DNA from: Cyanophora paradoxa CCMP329
Taxonomy: Eukaryota; Plantae; Glaucophyta
Assembly: GCA_004431415.1 (NCBI GenBank)
Contig: QPMI01000559.1
Span: 62,001-126,000 of the forward strand
Direction of reading: 5' to 3'
Length of the DNA: 64,000 bases
Shown here: positions 42,927 to 55,170 of the stretch, one piece after another
Position numbering within the stretch: position 1 is the first letter of the stretch
Layout of the letters: each line of letters begins with the position of its first letter
Translations under genes and position numbers: made by a program
Notes under the pieces: model-generated
What the model saw: only the letters and a program-made list of their open reading frames with translations
Databases searched by the model: none
What the model was told of the DNA's origin: nothing

Positions 42927-43771
42927 ATAACTGCACAAGCTCTCCCCACCACCCTTTTCCCCCTTTCCCCTTCCTCTCCTCATCATCATACTCACTCCCT
43001 GTCTCTCAACCCCACCCCCCACCCCACTCCATCCCCACCACCCTCCCCCCCCCCCCCCCCCCCTCCCCCGCGCGCCACCCCTTTTTCCCCACCTACTCTC
43101 CCTTTGCCCTCTCCCTCGCTCTCGCCCTCTCCCCTCCTCCATTCCCCCTAAGTTGCTTCTCTTGCTCTGACTGCTCCTCCGGCCTGCTTGCTGAGCTGTA
43201 ATACCTTCCATGTAAGCTTTTACTGAGGCACACTGATCATACTGCCATGGCCAGGCTGTGTGCTCTTTCTAAGCTACGGGCGCGGCCGGACCTCCTACCT
43301 CAGCGCTTTAACTGTACCCGTGCTGTTTGGGTGAGCCGCTATTGCTCTATTCTTGAACAAAGAACTGGCCAAGGAGAGTAATGCGCCTCCCCGCGGACAC
43401 TCTTGCTAGCTGCCCCGGCGAGGGGGGGGGGGGGGGGGGGGGGGGCGATGCCTGTTGACGCACTTCTGCGCGCTGTGGGCGCACGCCTCGGTCCTCTTCG
43501 CAACGTGGTACGCCTGCAGCGAGGCGGCCAGACATGTACATGGAGTCAGCCTGCGCCATGCCAGAGGGCAAGCTTAAGGGGGGGACGAATAGAGACCTAG
43601 GCCTAGGGGCACTCTGCTCAGGCTCGCCATGCATGCATGTGACATCGATGCAGGTCCTCTCCCCGGCCCCTTCTATTGTTGCATTTCTCCACTTCATTTT
43701 TTGAAGGGGCCGGGGCCCATCATGATGATGCATGTGCAACTGCAAGTTGGAAATACCGTAGTACAGCCTTC

Positions 43772-43890
43772 TTATACCGTAGTACAGGGCCTACAATATA
43801 TAGCGCTAGCATAGTAGCTAGGCTACAAGACTAGCTGGCCGTGTGCAAGATCGGTGGGCTGCGCGGGGCGCATGCCTAATTTAAAGCTGG
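43772..43890. repeat. Dispersed repeat of about 115 bp, with an inverted copy at 54563-54674
   Basis: Reverse-complement match. Confidence 0.8.
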
Positions 43891-43964
43891 GCTGACGCCG
43901 TGACGGTGGCAGCAGTACTAGTACTTGTGCACATACTATGCTTGTACATGCCATGATGTAGTAG

Positions 43965-44364
43965 AGCTTCGGCTCGAGCCGAGCCGGCTGGAGCGAGCCT
44001 CGGAGACGGGCTCGAGCCGGCCTTTTTCCGGCTCGAGCCGGCTCGTGGCGAGGGGCGGCTCGCTCAAGCCGGCGGCTCGAGCCGAGAGGGGAGGGCTGGC
44101 TCGAGCCAGTGGGGGCGAGCTAGCACGAGCCGGCAAGCCGGGGCTCGAGCCAGGGGGGGAAGAGGCGGCCTCTGACGTCAACAGCTCATTTCCAGCGCGT
44201 GTCGAGGGCCTGACTCATCAAATACAGTCTAGATAGCCTCTATTCTCTTACAGTAGATGCATTCTGCATGTATCCACATGAGCTAGAGGCCCAGGTTCCT
44301 CCGCGCGCCCAAGTCTGGGGCTGGGGTACCCCCCCCCCCCCCCCTCGCCGGCTCGAGCCGGCTC
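43965..44364. repeat. GGCTCGAGCC palindrome-rich repeat; continues at 46980-47060 and recurs at 26608-26720 and 31540-31615
   Basis: Multiple CTCGAG-centred palindromes. Confidence 0.7.
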
Positions 44365-46975
44365 GAAGAAGAAGAAGAGTATGTATAAGACACGCCCAAG
44401 CCGGTTGTGCGGTTTTGACGAAAGGCGAAGGACCCGAAGGCCCGAAGCACAATCGACAGTGAACCAACCAGACAAGGGTAGTGGCAGCGCAAACGCCTTA
44501 CGGTCTACCGCGTATGCCCTGGCGGTCCGGCGCTCATACACGCAGACACGGAAAGCAACCACAGACATCCCAATGCGGGCCTCTTCCTAATGCCGGCCTG
44601 GGGGAGTCCTGGTCACGACCTCGCGTGTGAAACCTTCAGCCATCAGTCATGTCATCAGTCTCTTCGTCAGAGATAAGCACCATTGGGGAACCTGGGTCAT
44701 CAGCGAGATCCATAGAGGCAGCCTGGCAGCGGATGGGAGAGTTGGAGGAGGTGAGGGCCGCAAACGTTTGAAAGAAACCTGAGGTAGGACACCAGGAACG
44801 TTGTCACCATGATCCAGAGCACCAGAGTCTGGAGAAGACACTCGACGACGCTTAGGCGGGACAATAGAATGAGAAAGAGGATCAGTCTCCATGGGCATCA
44901 GAGGCGCAGAAGAAGGCAGAGGGGCAGAAGAGGGAGGAGCTAGGGAAGCAATGACAGCATGACTCGCGAAGTCGGGCTCAACATCAACAGCGTCGATTCG
45001 GATAGGAGAGATCGGCAGCATATCAGGGGCAAGCTCAGTGTCATCCACATAGATGATAACTTGAGGAGAGGGCGGAGGTGAACCTGTATCATCGATAACA
45101 GCATCAAGACCGAATGCTGAAGCACCAACACGACGGCGTTGAAGAGGCGGCTCATCCTCTGAGTCAATATCCGGAGGCGGGTGAGGTGGCAACGGGTGAG
45201 GGGGTGAGTGAGCCACAGGACCAGGGTCAGGGGCAGGGTCGGGTCCCCCAGGGGGGTCGTCATCATCTGATGAGGTACTACTGGAGGAATCATCAGGATC
45301 ATCAGGGCCAAGGTCGGAAAGGTCAGAGGAGTCTGAGCCGTTGTCAGGAGGGGACATATAGCCTTCAAGATCCTCCTTTTCAAGACGCTGCAGCAGGACA
45401 GGCCGCACACTGGCATAAGGAAACTGAGCCACAAGGGGGCTAGGGGCTAGATCGGGGCTAGGGGCAGGCTGAGCGACATGTTCACAGTGCGCATAAGAGG
45501 CTAGGGAATGGTCATAAGCACGAGCAGCGTCTAAAAGATTAGCGTAGAATGAAGAATGAGAGGGGTCAGCAGTAGAGATGAAACGGAAATACCCACGGAC
45601 ATAGGTGACTTTAAATCGAGGTAAACGACGAGGAAGCATGTCCATAAAATCGTCCAGAACGCGGAACAAGGCAGTCATCAGAGTAGCTGTCTTCAAGCCC
45701 GTCTTGGAGGAAGGTGTAAGGGGCAGCTGTGTGTTAGGGTCCATTGCAAACGTAGCAGCAGCTTCAGTGCGACCTGCTCGATAGGCAAGACAGTACGAGC
45801 GGAAAATGATGTGCAATCCAAGAATCCGAACAACCTGCCACTCCCAGTCCTGCAAGAACATCTAGCTGTCAGCGAAACGGACCGAGCCAGTAAGCAACCA
45901 GGCAACGAAGCGAGCGGAAGGAATGGACATCGGCTGGAGCTGCAGGGCATGGAAGATGAGCGACCAGAACTGCTGCACAACAGGGCAGAGAACGAAAACG
46001 TGCAGAGCATTGCAGCGCCGGTGGCAGACCGGACATAGCGAGGAGAGGAGCTCACTGTCAAGCAAATTTGCCGAAGCAGGACGCTGAATATCAGAGCGCG
46101 GGACGATGTGCGGAGAGCGTTGTAGCGCAGTGCAAAGTAGCCGTCAAGGACGCGCTGCGTGAGAGCGTAGCGGAGGTCGGGAATCACCGTGTTAAACCAG
46201 GGAAAGCGATCAGTGCGCGCATCGTAGCCCGGCGGCCAGAGGAACTTTGGAGAGAGATCAGCACGCCACTTAGTCTCAGCGGTCGTCGGCGCCATGAAAG
46301 CGTGGGAGGAGAGGTACTTGTACACGCTGTGAACCGTGAAACGCGACGGGGCAGCAGGCAGCTTGTACGCAACCGACTTAGAGAGGCGCAGCTCTTCCTT
46401 TGAGCGATCATTGATGTTCTCACGGTCAGAGTAGAACGCAAACGTACGCGTACGGGAAGACGACGGTGGCAGCGGACGGAGTGCAAGGTCAGAAAGCTGC
46501 AACGAGTTCATGAGGAGCCGGACGAGTGCAGGCATGGAGAACAACTTGCAAGCGTTCTTAACAAGGCTAAGCGCATGCGCAGGCACGGGAATGAAGTCGA
46601 TCGCACGGGCCGCGGGCCGGATCGCAAGTACATCGGGGAGGGCAACGGGACTGTCAAGCGAAGCACTGCAGGGCACGTCAATCTCATGGAAAGCGAGCTG
46701 TGTGTCAGGAAGAAGGTGAACGCGACAGAGAGCTACGCCCTGAAGTGAGACGCGTTCAGCAGCAAGTTTCGAGAAAGGGCCAATAGCGAGACCTCCAGGT
46801 TCGTGTTTCCAGTCTGCAGTGCGACCACATCGCCAAACCTCTTGCGCAAGTCGATTATTGAGCGCATGCAGCTGGTCGCGCAGTTGCTCGGGATAGGAGG
46901 GCTCGACATCCCCATAGGAGGGGAGGGATAGGAGAGAGTATGTTCCCCAGAGAAGTCCCAGATTTGATAGTTGAA
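44365..46975 (-). mobile_element. 5'-truncated L1/Tx1-like LINE: post-RT region, zf-RVT-like finger, long acidic/Pro tail, 3' module and (TTC)n
   Basis: RFTVHSVYKYL, PWF and CPVCHRRCNALHVFVLCPVVQQFW motifs. Frameshifted ORFs 45693-46676, 45862-46065 and 44647-45861. Confidence 0.8.
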
Positions 46976-47956
46976 ACGGAAGCCGGTTCGAGCTGGCTCG
47001 AGGCAGGAGGGGGCTGGCTCGAGCTGGCTCGAGCCGGGAGCTTTGTGCTCGAGCCGAAGCTCTAGCACTGTGTAGCCCGGACTTCAGGGCCTTGGGGGTA
47101 GCTATAAGTATACCGGTACCGGTTCATCTCACAGTACTAGTGTCACAGCCACTGAGTGTCCAAATGCTGAACGATGCGCGAATTCAAAGCTTACATGGGA
47201 GGTATTGCTCTTCATGATCACATTGTATACGTATACGTATACGTATACGTAGCTACGTTTACACACGTGCACTACGTACTGGAAACCGGCATGCACCGGG
47301 CCCTTACTAAGTTATATACTATGATAATTAGGGGGAGAATAGAGCAGGACACGTGCCGCGCAGTGCCAAGTGCAAGCCCTCCCGAGGGCGGACCGGAGGC
47401 CCTGAGGTCTCAATTTTGCAAAAGGGGGAGGCCTCAAAAACGGGAATTTGCCCGGCCAAGAAACATTAGTAAACACAAACTGCAGAACGCGAAATGCACT
47501 GCACCCGAAGTACGGTCTCATGATCAGCATGCAAGGGCCGGGGGCATTACTTTCAAGCTCCGCACCGGCCCCATTCATTGAATCCTGCTCGAGCTCGAAT
47601 TATTGCAGAAGAATATTGAATCCTGATCACGAGTTCCGAAGTTCCGCTTTCAACTTGGCAACCGGTCACGGGTCAAGTTCAACAATTTGAAGTTTTCACT
47701 TCCGCAGTGCTTCCGCTTTCGAATTTACTAGCGTTCGCGGCTGGCCCGGGGCCCGCTCCTTTCGTGCATGCGTGATGATGGCTTATGATTGTATCTTTTC
47801 GCTTTTTCCTACATGAACTCCTAATTACATCAACATCGAGGTGGTACATTGGGGGCGCTGCTGGACCCCGTCATGGAAGGAAACCCCTCCGAAAAATTTG
47901 AAAAAGGTCCAGGCTGTTTTGCCCATGGAAAGGCTGCCCGGCGGCTGAGAAGCCGC

Positions 47957-49937
47957 TTACGCATCGTCGAGGGCCGCAACGCCGGGGAGGACCTTGCCCT
48001 CCAGCAGCTCGAGCGAGGCACCACCACCAGTGGAGATGTGCGACATCTTCTCCGCGAGACCAGCCTTCTCGACGGCAGCAACCGAGTCACCGCCACCGAT
48101 GATAGTCTTGCAGCCCTTGGGAGTGAGCTCGGCAAGGAGGTCGGCAATGGCGAAGGTGCCCTTCGCGAACTGCGCGGCGATTTCAACGCGGGTGCTTACG
48201 GCAGCTCGAAGAGATGCGCCATCTGGGTTGGACAAACCTTGTCAAACTCGAACACGCCCATGGGGCCGTTCCAGATGACGGTCTTGGCGTCAGACAGAGC
48301 CTTCGAGAACGACTCGATCGACTTGGGGCCAATGTCCAGACCCATCCAGCCATCGGGGATCTTGTCGGCATCAACGACCTGATAACGGACTGAGCAATCC
48401 GATCCGGACGAGGAACTACAGACACCCGTGCCTGCGTGTTGGCCTCGGGGTCGAACTTGTCGGCCAGGAGGACGTCCGTGGGCAGGAGGATTTCGACGCC
48501 CTTCGCCTTCGCGACCTCCTCGAGCTTCTTGGCGAGCTCAACCTTGTCCTCCTCAACGAGGGACGAGCCAGTAGGAAGGCCGCGGGCCTTGTAGAAAGTG
48601 AAGACCATGCCTGCATCACGGTAAGCCTACGATACCATAGATCGTAAACAGAAGCAAGTTTGAAGGAAGACGCACCACCGCCGATGATGAGCTTGTCGCA
48701 CTTGTTCAGCAGCGACTCGATCACACCGATCTTCGAGGACACCTTCGAGCCACCGACGATGGCGACGAGGGGGCGGACGGGCTCATCGACGGCGCCCCTA
48801 ACGGAATCGGTTAGCTCCTGTGTTAGCTAGCTTTGTCGATCAGGGGTGCTCACGCAAGGTACTCGAGCTCCTTCTCGAGGAGGAAGCCAGCGACGGAGGG
48901 CTTCAGGTACGCGGTCACGCCAGCGGTAGAGCCGTGAGCACTGCACGTGCGATGCTCGGCGCAAGCGAAAACACAGGCGAAAGACACGGCACCGCACCGG
49001 TGGGCAGTGCCGAAGGCGTCGTTGACGTAGAGGTCAGCGTTCGCGGCGAGCTTCTTGGCGAACTCGGCGTCGTTCTTCTCCTCCTCCGGGTAGAAGCGGA
49101 CGTTCTCAAGGAGAATGACATCGCCCTGCAGAGCGGTCAAACCGGACCGCCAAGCCGAGCCCAGGAAAATCACCTCAGACATGGCCGCGACGGCGGACTC
49201 CACCTCCGCGCCGATGCAGTCGTTGGTCTTCTTCACCGGCTTGCCGAGGAGCTCCGAGAGGCGCGCCGCGACTGCGCCCCGCCACGACCGGTCAGCGCGC
49301 GCGCTGGAGCGCGCGATTCCGGATCTTCTAAAACGTTCTTTAGCTGTGATTTAGGCGTTCGGAAGGCGATCGGGGGCGCCCAGCCGGCCATCGATCGGCG
49401 CGCGCAATGTGCGTGCGAGTGCGCGCGATTGTGCGCGGCGGGCGTCGGACGAGGGGGGGGTGCGGATCCCGACGAACCCGGGGTGAGGCGGAACTTGTCC
49501 TCCGGGCCGCTCTTCGGGCGGCCGAGGTGGGACGTGACGAGGACCTTCGCGCCCTTCGAGGCGAGGTACTGGATGGTCGGCACGGCGGCGCGGATGCGGG
49601 TGTCGTCGGTGATCTTCATCTCCTTGTCGAGCGGGACGTTGAGGTCGCAGCGGATGAACACGCGCTTGCCCTTGAGGTCGGCCTCAGTGAGGTTCTTGAC
49701 CGACTTCTTAGCCAGCTTCGCCGACATGCGGATGGCCTTCGGGACAGCGAAAGACTTCTTCGCGGCCGCGAAACGGTTCTGCGCCGAGAAGGTGCGCGCG
49801 GCATCGAACTTCTTGGTCGCCGCGAAGCTCTTCGGGATGGCCGGGGCCGCCGAGGGCTTGGCAGAGCAAACCGACGACGACGCCTGAACGGCGGGCGCAG
49901 CGCGGACGCCAACGGCGGCGAACGAGGCGGCGAACAT
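47957..49937 (-). CDS. PGK: Phosphoglycerate kinase, plastid-targeted (multi-exon)
   Basis: [51 protein letters not shown] and [17 protein letters not shown]-presequence. Confidence 0.98.
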
Positions 49938-51595
49938 GTTGAAGGCTGCGATGAACGAACTATGGGAACAATCCTGGGCAGGGTACCGGATACAGACAAA
50001 TCGTTCAAGTCGCTCTGACTGGGACCATGCTCAGACGTCATCAACAAGCCCGTCCCGATGCTTCGAATTCCGGTCCATATGCATAAGCATCCGGCGCCGG
50101 CCATGCATATGTAGCCGGTGATGCTCGCATGCTCAATATCGATATCGATATATCGATCGATATCGCGAGCTCGAGCACAGCTGCATGCGGGGGGGCCTCC
50201 GGAAGGCGCTCTATTATCCGGCTTGGGCGTGTCTTATACATACTGTTCTTCTTCTTCTATATATATATATATAATCTAAACCTCTCTGTACACGCTAGGG
50301 TACAACCCGCCGTGTCGCCGGCACAGCGGGTTGGGTCGGGGGTTCGCCAGTCCGAGAGCAAGCCTGGTGGAGCCGCCGGGCTCAGAGCATCGGGGAGATC
50401 TATAGCTGTGTGGTCGGGGAGGAGAGAGACGGGGGGTACAGCACGGGAGGGCGTGGGGCCGTGGGAAGGGGCGGGGGAGGACCGTCGCCTTAAAAGCTTG
50501 GCTTTGTCTTCGATTCGGTGTCAATGATCGGGTCGCGCGAGCTCGAGGGTGCACGTTGCAATTCAATGCAATTGCGCATGCAATTGGGGTGGCCATGGAG
50601 CGTGCACGCATTGTAATTACGTATACTCCCCTGGTCGTAAGCTTATAATTAAGCTTACGTGCTCGTGTACGTATACGGGCCTCGCGATCGGCCCGGCGCC
50701 GTGGCTGCGCGGGGGGAACTCGGAATTCGAACGGCGCGGGCCAGCCCCTTGCGGGCACGCGGGCCACGTTAATGTTAATTATAATTATAATCATAAGGTT
50801 TTACTTAGTAACGGCGAGCCTCGAGCTCGGAGATCGAGGGCCGCGCGCGCGGGCCACGTTAATGTTAATTTCACGGACCTCCGGGCCTTCCTATGCTCTT
50901 TCTAAGCTACGGGCGCGGCCGGACCTCCTACTTCAGCGCTTTAACTGTACCCGTGCTGTTTGGGTGAGAGCGTAACCCGCAGGCCCTGAGGGACTGGTGC
51001 CCTAGGCCTGATCATCGGATGGAAAAAAGGGAATCGGAGCCTAGCTAGCTACGAGCTGAGCAGGCGCTTCGCGTCCACGCCCGTGCCGTATAGACACAGG
51101 CGCTTCGCGTATAGACACAGGCGCTTCGCGTATAGACACAACACGCACCGCGCGGCGCCGCCGTCGCATATGCATTTATGAACGGAACAGGGACACTGCA
51201 GTTGCACTGCCCCTGTACATGTTGGAGGGGAAGGACCTCTATCGGTTGATCATGAGCAGGAAAGGTCAGGTTAGCCAAGATAGAGATAGCTATAGTGCTG
51301 ACTCTGTAGATCTATAGCTAGAGCCTGCGCACGCAGCCGCTGATAATGATCATGAGTTGCGCGAACGCCTGCAGTTGGGACGGTCGGCCGGGCTCGCGAT
51401 CGACTCGGCGAGCTCGTGGGACCGGAAGAGGACTTGCAGGTCAATCAGTTAGGTTGATTAGTTCTGGGTCTTCGACTCGCCCCCGCCCCCTGCTCGTCAC
51501 GGCGTCTCGCGATCGGGATGTGCAAGGTGGCCATGTGGCCTAATTCAACAAAGACAGCATCTGCAGACTGCAGCTAATGCTCGGTAGGCGTAGAC

Positions 51596-52195
51596 GTGCC
51601 TCCTGCCGCGCCTCCGCCCCGCCCGGCGAGCCCCGCCGCCGCCCGCCGCGCCTCCGCCCCGCCCGGCGAGCCCCGCCGCCGCCCGCCGCGTCTCCGCCCC
51701 GCCCGACGAGCCGCGCCGCCGCCCGCCGCGGCTCCGCCCCGCCCGGCGCGCCGCTCCGCCGCCCGCTGCGCCTCCGCCCCGCCCGGTGCGCCGCGCCGCC
51801 GCCCGCCGCGCCTCCGGCCGCCCGGCGAGCCCCGCCGCCGCCCGCCGCGCCTCCACGCCGCGCCGCCGCCCGCTGCGCCCCGCCCGGCGGCGAGCCGCGC
51901 CGCCACCCGCCCGTCGAGCTGCACCGCCGCCCGCCGCGCCTCCGCCCGCCCGACGAGCCGCTCCGCCGCCAGCCGCGCCTCCGCCCCGCCGGCGCGCCGC
52001 GCCGCCGCCCGCCGCGCCTCCGCCCCGCCCGGCGAGCCGCGCCGCCGCCCGCTGCGCCCCGCCCGGCGGCGAGCCGCGCCGCCACCCGCCCGTCGAGCCG
52101 CGCCGCCGCCCGCCGCGCCTCCGCCCCGCCCGGCGAGCCGCGCCGCCACCCGCCGCGCCTCCGCCCCGCCCGGCGAGCCGCTCCGCCGCCCGCCG
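51596..52195. repeat. Extremely GC-rich degenerate minisatellite (about 40-bp units) next to a possible zinc-finger remnant
   Basis: Repeats of GCGCCTCCGCCCCGCCCGGCGAGCC. KHFTRHDNLYEHVREC on the minus strand near 52445-52495. Confidence 0.7.
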
Positions 52196-53203
52196 TCTGC
52201 TGCGGAGCGCGGCACACATCGAATCTAGTTGTGTGCACCTTGCGGCCGAGAAGAAGAAGGAGATGCGCAAGAGGAGCTGTTCGACGACATGGCGAGATCT
52301 GCACTTGAGCGCGCCTTCTTCTGTGTATGTGGCTTCTGTGCGCGCCCGGCGCGGGAGTGTCAATCGCGGGGCAGTCAGAACCGTCGGCGCGAACTCGGCC
52401 AGAGCAGCGCGCACCGGAACTCGGCGTCGCGGGCGCCTTCTTCCTGCACTCTCGCACGTGCTCATACAGGTTGTCGTGCCGAGTGAAGTGCTTCACTGCA
52501 GTCGCAAGGCAGCTCGGCCCCGCGACCTCGTCCACCTCTGCGCGCCGGCGCCATGCATGAGAACGAAGTTTGGCGGGGGAGGGGGGAGGGGCGAAGTTTG
52601 GGTACTGCAACACGATCGCGATAGGCGCCAAACTCTCATGATCAGGAGCACTTTTTTCCCGCGCCCGGCCCGGCGGTACAACAGGTACTTTAAGCGGCCT
52701 AGCGGGCCCGGCCACCCTGTGCCACACTGCCACGGTGCACCTCCGGTCTCGGCATGTATGACATGAATCGTCGGGCTCATCACGCGCGTTTAGGCGCCGG
52801 TGCACTTGGTCCGGTAGATATACCGGACCGGTACCGCCACATGCATATGGCCCATATGCCTGGTACCCGGTGAGGCGCTAGATTGCATTTTTCGAAAATG
52901 TGTTATTAATATTAATATTGCAATTGCCGATTCCTGCAGCTGGCCATGGTCCACCCGACGTCGACAAGACCCGGCTCTACCGGTACCGGAACACGTTTTC
53001 GGACTCCTAGGGACATGCCTTGCAATTGCTAGGATCCGGCGAGAAATCCCGGGTTTTGGAAGGTTTCATTTTGGCCTGGGGTGGGCACCCGGACACCCCC
53101 AAGTGGGGGAAGGGGATCGAAGGACCTTCCCCAATAACGCAATTTCATACCCCCCTCCCCCTCCCACCCTCGGAGTGGCCGGTTCAGAAAGGCGCATTCA
53201 AGC

Positions 53204-53867
53204 ATGCTGTCGTTCACAGCTTCCGTCGCGCTCCCCGGCCAGCAGCGAGTGATCTCATTCACCGGCGCCACCCGGTCACGCGCGCTGTGTCCACTGCCAG
53301 CCGTGCGGAAGGCGCGAACGCAGACGAGGCGTTTCGAAGCAGCGTCGGCCAAGCTGCGCACGATCGAATCGAATGAGGATTGGAATGAGGCGCTGGAAGC
53401 ATCCAAGGGCGGTCTGGTCGTTGCCATGTTTTCCGTGCGCCGCAAGTCATCGCTTGGCGCCCCGATCTTGGCCGCTAACGAAGCGCCCAGGCCAAGACCT
53501 GCGGACCATGCATAATGATTCAGCCAAAGATTGTCGAGTTCGCCGAGAAATTCAACGACGTCGTTTTCGTGCAGATCAAGGGCGACACGAATGAAGACAC
53601 AAAGTCATTACCCTAATAAATTACGATTACGATCCAGCCTAATTCAAGAGCAGGTCCATCTGCAAGGAGCAGAAAATCAAGATGGTGCCGACGTTCCGCT
53701 TCATGTTCAATGGCGAGGTGCGGCGAGATTTCTCTATTGAAAACAAGTGTTGAACTGTTTCTAAAAAACATCAGAAAATTGACCACTACTCTGGCGCCAA
53801 GGCTGACGAGATCCTCGAGCACATTGAGCGAAACAAAGCGAAGGCTGAAGAATTAGCTGCCATGTAA
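53204..53867 (+). CDS. Plastid-targeted thioredoxin (f-like) with TCGPC active site, 4 exons
   Basis: GLVVAMFS|AKTCGPCIMIQP...DVVFVQIKGDTN...IKMVPTFRF...HYSGAK. Confidence 0.88.
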
Positions 53868-55170
53868 TACAGTATCACAGTATCACAGTATGCCGGCCAG
53901 GGCTCTAGTCCCTCCAGCCCTGCCGCAAAGCCCCCTTGGTCGCCACAGCAGAGTCACCGTAGACGCACACGTCTTTCATATGTTCAGGCTCCGGGCCCAG
54001 AGATTCCTGATGTAGATACGAAAATTCCTGATGGCAGCCAAAGTGGTAATCGTAATTCCCTCACGGCCTTGCTGGCCATGGATCGTAATCGCAATTCACA
54101 GTATGCCAGGGATCGTAATTCACAGTATGCCAGTGGCAATATTAATCGTAATTGCCCCACCCCCCCCCCCCCCCACCCCCGCGCCCCCCCTCTGGCTTGA
54201 ATTGGTTCGCAACGCGCGCAAGTGCACGGAGCTCGAGGCATCCACGCATTTAATTTTGCACTTTGTGTTAACAAAGGTTTCTTTTGGCCGGGCAACTTCT
54301 TTGGGTGTTTACGATTACGATCAAGCCTTACGAGTTACGATTACGATCAGCCAGACGAGAAAGCCGAAGCCTGCACCAGGGACCTGCGTTTTAGTACGTG
54401 TCCAAATGCGAAGAATTAGCTGCCTAATATCACGAAGGAATCATTTTTGAAAGCGCTCCCCTCCCCCCCCAGGCCCGCCCCCCCCTGGCTTGAATTGGGT
54501 TCAACGGTTGCAACGCAAGTGCATGAAGGCATCCATGGGCGTTCGTCCATGCCCCCCTGACTCCAGCTTTAAATTAGGCATGCGCCCCGCCCAGCCCACC
54601 GATCTTGCACACGGCCAGCTAGTCTTGTAGCCTAGCTAGCGCTATATATTGTAGGCCCTGTACTACGGTATAAGTAATTGTCTATCGTAATCGTAATTTA
54701 CCTCCGGCCCGGCTCACCGCCTACCCGCCTACTAGGGCTAGCCCCCTGATAGTAATCGTAATTTTCCAGTTGACCAGGCCAGGGCTCCCCTCGCCTATAG
54801 CCCATCGTAATCGTAATGGGCGCGGCAATCGCAATCGTAATCGTACTGATCGCACAGACCTCTTGCAGGGGCATCCTGATCCGCTACGGCACGGGCGTGG
54901 ACGCGAAGCGCCTGCTCAGCTCGTAGCTAGGCTCGGCTCCCATCCCCTTTTCCATCAGGGCACCAGTCCCTGCGGGTTACGCTCTCACCCCGAACAGCAC
55001 GGGTATAGTTAAAGCGTTGACGGTCTAGTGAGTGGTCCGGCGCGCCCGTAGCTTAGAAAGAGCATCCACGTGTGCTTCAATCTCTCCATATTATTCGGAC
55101 GCGCAACAAATCTTAGCGAATCCGCTTGTTCGGACGCGCTGTTTCCTTCCCACTTGGAAAGCGGCCAATC

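Noticed and set aside
44630-44675. Hammerhead ribozyme cores (CTGACGA/CTGATGA on the minus strand)
   Set aside because: No stem II-GAAA or stem III pairing could be built. Similar checks of repeat B for hammerhead, twister and HDV folds also failed by eye.
51540-52805. Long overlapping ORFs in several frames (also at 1603-2610, 3736-4284 and 58685-59584)
   Set aside because: They are explained by extreme GC content and repeats that lack stop codons.
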